A stretch of DNA of 39,833 nt from Octopus bimaculoides (Eukaryota). This document shows positions 36,653-39,833 of this stretch, piece after piece. The stretch lies in the NCBI RefSeq assembly GCF_001194135.2, contig NC_068996.1, forward strand, positions 56,469,399-56,509,231, written 5' to 3'. The notes beneath the pieces are model-generated. The model was not told the origin of the DNA, did not search any database, and worked only from the letters and a program-made list of their open reading frames with translations. Position 1 is the stretch's first letter. Each line of letters begins with the position of its first letter. Position numbers and translations under genes: made by a program.

Positions 36653-36655
<3 letters not shown>
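36500..36655 (+). mobile_element. Possible HINE/Helitron-like 3' segment
   Basis: tttgtcaagattggttcactggtgtagg ... cagacagacagaaatt ... tttatgtataagata resembles the conserved 3' part of DINE/HINE-like elements as recalled. Confidence 0.4.
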
Positions 36656-36691
<36 letters not shown>

Positions 36692-37619
36692 TAAAAACTG
36701 TGTGCTATGTGTTTATATATGTGTGTGTGCGTATGTATGTGTATGTATGTGTGTGTAAGCGTGTATTGTCTTTATGTCATTACTTTCTTCAATATATTTA
36801 TATACGCTTCTTCTCTCCGTCTTTCCGGTCTTCTCTGTTCTCTTCCCCCTTTCTCTTTTCTGTCGATCGTCTTTCCTATGAGATTCCTCTCTTTCTGCCC
36901 GTCCTCCTCCCACCTTCATCATACACTATTTTCTCTCATACATACTCTTCAACCGCATCTTCATCTCATTTGTTCCCCTGTTACAGCCGCCTCCACCCAA
37001 TCCAGAAAGTTTGTCTGAGCTTCATCACACACATTAGCTCATCTTACACTCACACATTACACCAACTTACACAGATACGTTGCATCAATTTACACATGCA
37101 CGTTACACTAACTTACATTAGACCAACTTGCACGTCTATTGTTCAAACTGTCCAAGTAAAGCGTAGATTAAGAGCAGGTTTTTTTTTTGCAAACATACAT
37201 ACACGCACAAACTGTCATAAAAGAAAAATATATATACACTCACATACGATCATGCGCGCGCGCGCGCACACACGTACAAATATGAGGGAAAAAACACTCA
37301 TACATACAAAAGATTTATGTTTATACACATGCACACAAAAACACGGGCGTGCATACGCACACACACGCATACATACATACACTGGCACAAGCCAGAAAGT
37401 TTTTATATATACAATTGTACTTCAAATAAAAGCAAAAAACAAAAACACGCATAAAGAAGGATCATAACATACATATATACACGCCTATATACACATGTTC
37501 ATTTGCATTAAGAAGCATTTTTGCATATACATGCATATGTACATACATTGATGCATATAGATACGCACTTACGTACATACACGCACAGACATACATATAT
37601 ACATGCACTGATCCCATAG

Positions 37620-38160
37620 GAGTATCCCCTCACACACACAGAAGCACATGCACACGCGCGCACACACACGCACACACATACATACACGCATACACACACG
37701 CACACACAAACATACACATGCACACACACGCACACATATACACACACCACTCTTTGTACCCTCATACACACATGCACAAACACAAACACGCACAAACACG
37801 CACACACATACGCACATACGCACACACACACATGCACATACATACACACATACTCATGCACACACGCACGCACATACACACGCACGCACATACACACGCA
37901 CGCACACACATATACACACACACGCATACACACACGTACACATACACACATACACACGCATACACGCACACATATCCCTCCTTGTCCCCTCACACACACG
38001 CACACTCTCGCGCGCACATATACACACACGCACGCACACATACACACACGCACACACATGCACACACACGCACACACACACACACATGCACATACACACA
38101 CGCACATACACACATACACACATACACATGCATACACGCACACACACGAGCACAAACATA
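37620..38160. repeat. Long degenerate (CA)n/(CGCA)n array
   Basis: Directly visible; explains the His/Thr and Cys/Val ORFs. Confidence 0.95.
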
Positions 38161-38215
38161 GATAACTAGAGAGAGATAAGGTAGACGTATTCACTTTTCT
38201 ATCTTCGCTTCTCAC

Positions 38216-38283
38216 AATCAGCACCAATCTTCAATTGGTATTCACTGAGACATCCATGCGAAAATTTCATTTCATGGTGGTTG
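38216..38283 (-). CDS. Candidate 68-nt exon
   Basis: Acceptor ttgtcttttctaccag, donor GTGAGA; open frame [22 protein letters not shown]. No homology recognised. Confidence 0.25.
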
Positions 38284-38349
38284 CTGGTAGAAAAGACAAG
38301 CGCCGCGTATCGTTCACCACCTCCTCCTCCTCTTTCTGTTGCTAACATT

Positions 38350-38385
38350 TCATATACACCACTCACTCACTCACTCATTTACTCA

Positions 38386-38426
<41 letters not shown>

Positions 38427-39184
38427 NNNNNNNNNNNNNNNNNNNNNNNNNNNNNNNNNNNNNNNNNNNNNNNNNNNNNNNNNNNNNNNNNNNNNNNNNN
38501 NNNNNNNNNNNNNNNNNNNNNNNNNNNNNNNNNNNNNNNNNNNNNNNNNNNNNNNNNNNNNNNNNNNNNNNNNNNNNNNNNNNNNNNNNNNNNNNNNNNN
38601 NNNNNNNNNNNNNNNNNNNNNNNNNNNNNNNNNNNNNNNNNNNNNNNNNNNNNNNNNNNNNNNNNNNNNNNNNNNNNNNNNNNNNNNNNNNNNNNNNNNN
38701 NNNNNNNNNNNNNNNNNNNNNNNNNNNNNNNNNNNNNNNNNNNNNNNNNNNNNNNNNNNNNNNNNNNNNNNNNNNNNNNNNNNNNNNNNNNNNNNNNNNN
38801 NNNNNNNNNNNNNNNNNNNNNNNNNNNNNNNNNNNNNNNNNNNNNNNNNNNNNNNNNNNNNNNNNNNNNNNNNNNNNNNNNNNNNNNNNNNNNNNNNNNN
38901 NNNNNNNNNNNNNNNNNNNNNNNNNNNNNNNNNNNNNNNNNNNNNNNNNNNNNNNNNNNNNNNNNNNNNNNNNNNNNNNNNNNNNNNNNNNNNNNNNNNN
39001 NNNNNNNNNNNNNNNNNNNNNNNNNNNNNNNNNNNNNNNNNNNNNNNNNNNNNNNNNNNNNNNNNNNNNNNNNNNNNNNNNNNNNNNNNNNNNNNNNNNN
39101 NNNNNNNNNNNNNNNNNNNNNNNNNNNNNNNNNNNNNNNNNNNNNNNNNNNNNNNNNNNNNNNNNNNNNNNNNNNNNNNNNNNN

Positions 39185-39250
<66 letters not shown>
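38350..39250. repeat. (CT)n and (GT)n flanking an N gap of about 757 bp
   Basis: Directly visible. Confidence 0.97.
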
Positions 39251-39479
39251 ATATTGTTGTTTGTTTATATATTTGTTTCTTAGTTGTTTATTCGTTTACT
39301 TCTCCCGTGATGACTTTTAATTTGTTCATTATAGAAACATTTTTCTGTTTTTGTTTTCACGGCAAACACACACACACACACACACAGATATGTACAAACA
39401 TCCGTATATACGTACACAAAGACATATATATATATATGCACGTACGTGTGTATGTGTGTGTACACATAATACATATGAA

Positions 39480-39520
39480 TATCTATCTATAGCTAGCTAG
39501 TTAGCTAGATAGATAGATAT

Positions 39521-39554
<34 letters not shown>

Positions 39555-39616
39555 GGATAGATAAGTAGATAGATATGCATATATATATATNNNNNNNNNN
39601 AAGTAGATAGATATGC

Positions 39617-39677
<61 letters not shown>

Positions 39678-39774
39678 AATTCATAGATATGTATGTAGGT
39701 ACATATATGCATATGTACGTATTAAGTGTTCACACATATGTATACCTATATCAACATATATATATATATGTATG

Positions 39775-39833
<59 letters not shown>
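39480..39833. repeat. (GATA)n/(AT)n/(GT)n microsatellites with a 10-N gap
   Basis: Directly visible. Confidence 0.95.

Noticed and set aside
39563-39628. 28-bp direct repeat on both sides of a 10-N gap
   Set aside because: Typical unmerged contig overlap, so an assembly artefact.

Overview
AT-rich eukaryotic DNA dense in microsatellites, from a gapped draft assembly with five N runs. The SINE/LINE families and repeat density are most consistent with an octopus genome (inference from recalled repeat motifs, not a database match). I find no intact protein-coding gene, RNA gene or CRISPR array; most listed ORFs are microsatellite or N-gap artefacts. The interpretable content is decayed mobile DNA: at least five Dong/R4-type fragments (restriction-like-endonuclease LINEs), CRE, CR1/L2, RTE and Penelope-like retroelements, two mariners, hAT- and Tc1/mariner-type MITEs, and several tRNA-type SINEs. 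The main observations are: (1) a four-level nested stack at 4.0-10.4 kb (Dong < RTE < mariner < SINE), resolved by target-site duplications and an in-frame restoration of the Dong ORF; (2) the RT region of that Dong copy is circularly permuted and inverted, with microhomology at all three junctions; (3) two inverted duplicate pairs of non-annotated sequence, one 292 bp at about 98% identity and one older pair diverged in a codon-like pattern that encodes an unrecognised peptide; (4) a Penelope copy with an inverted terminal copy carrying a possible decayed hammerhead. All alignments and translations were done by eye. Nothing here establishes a new biological system.
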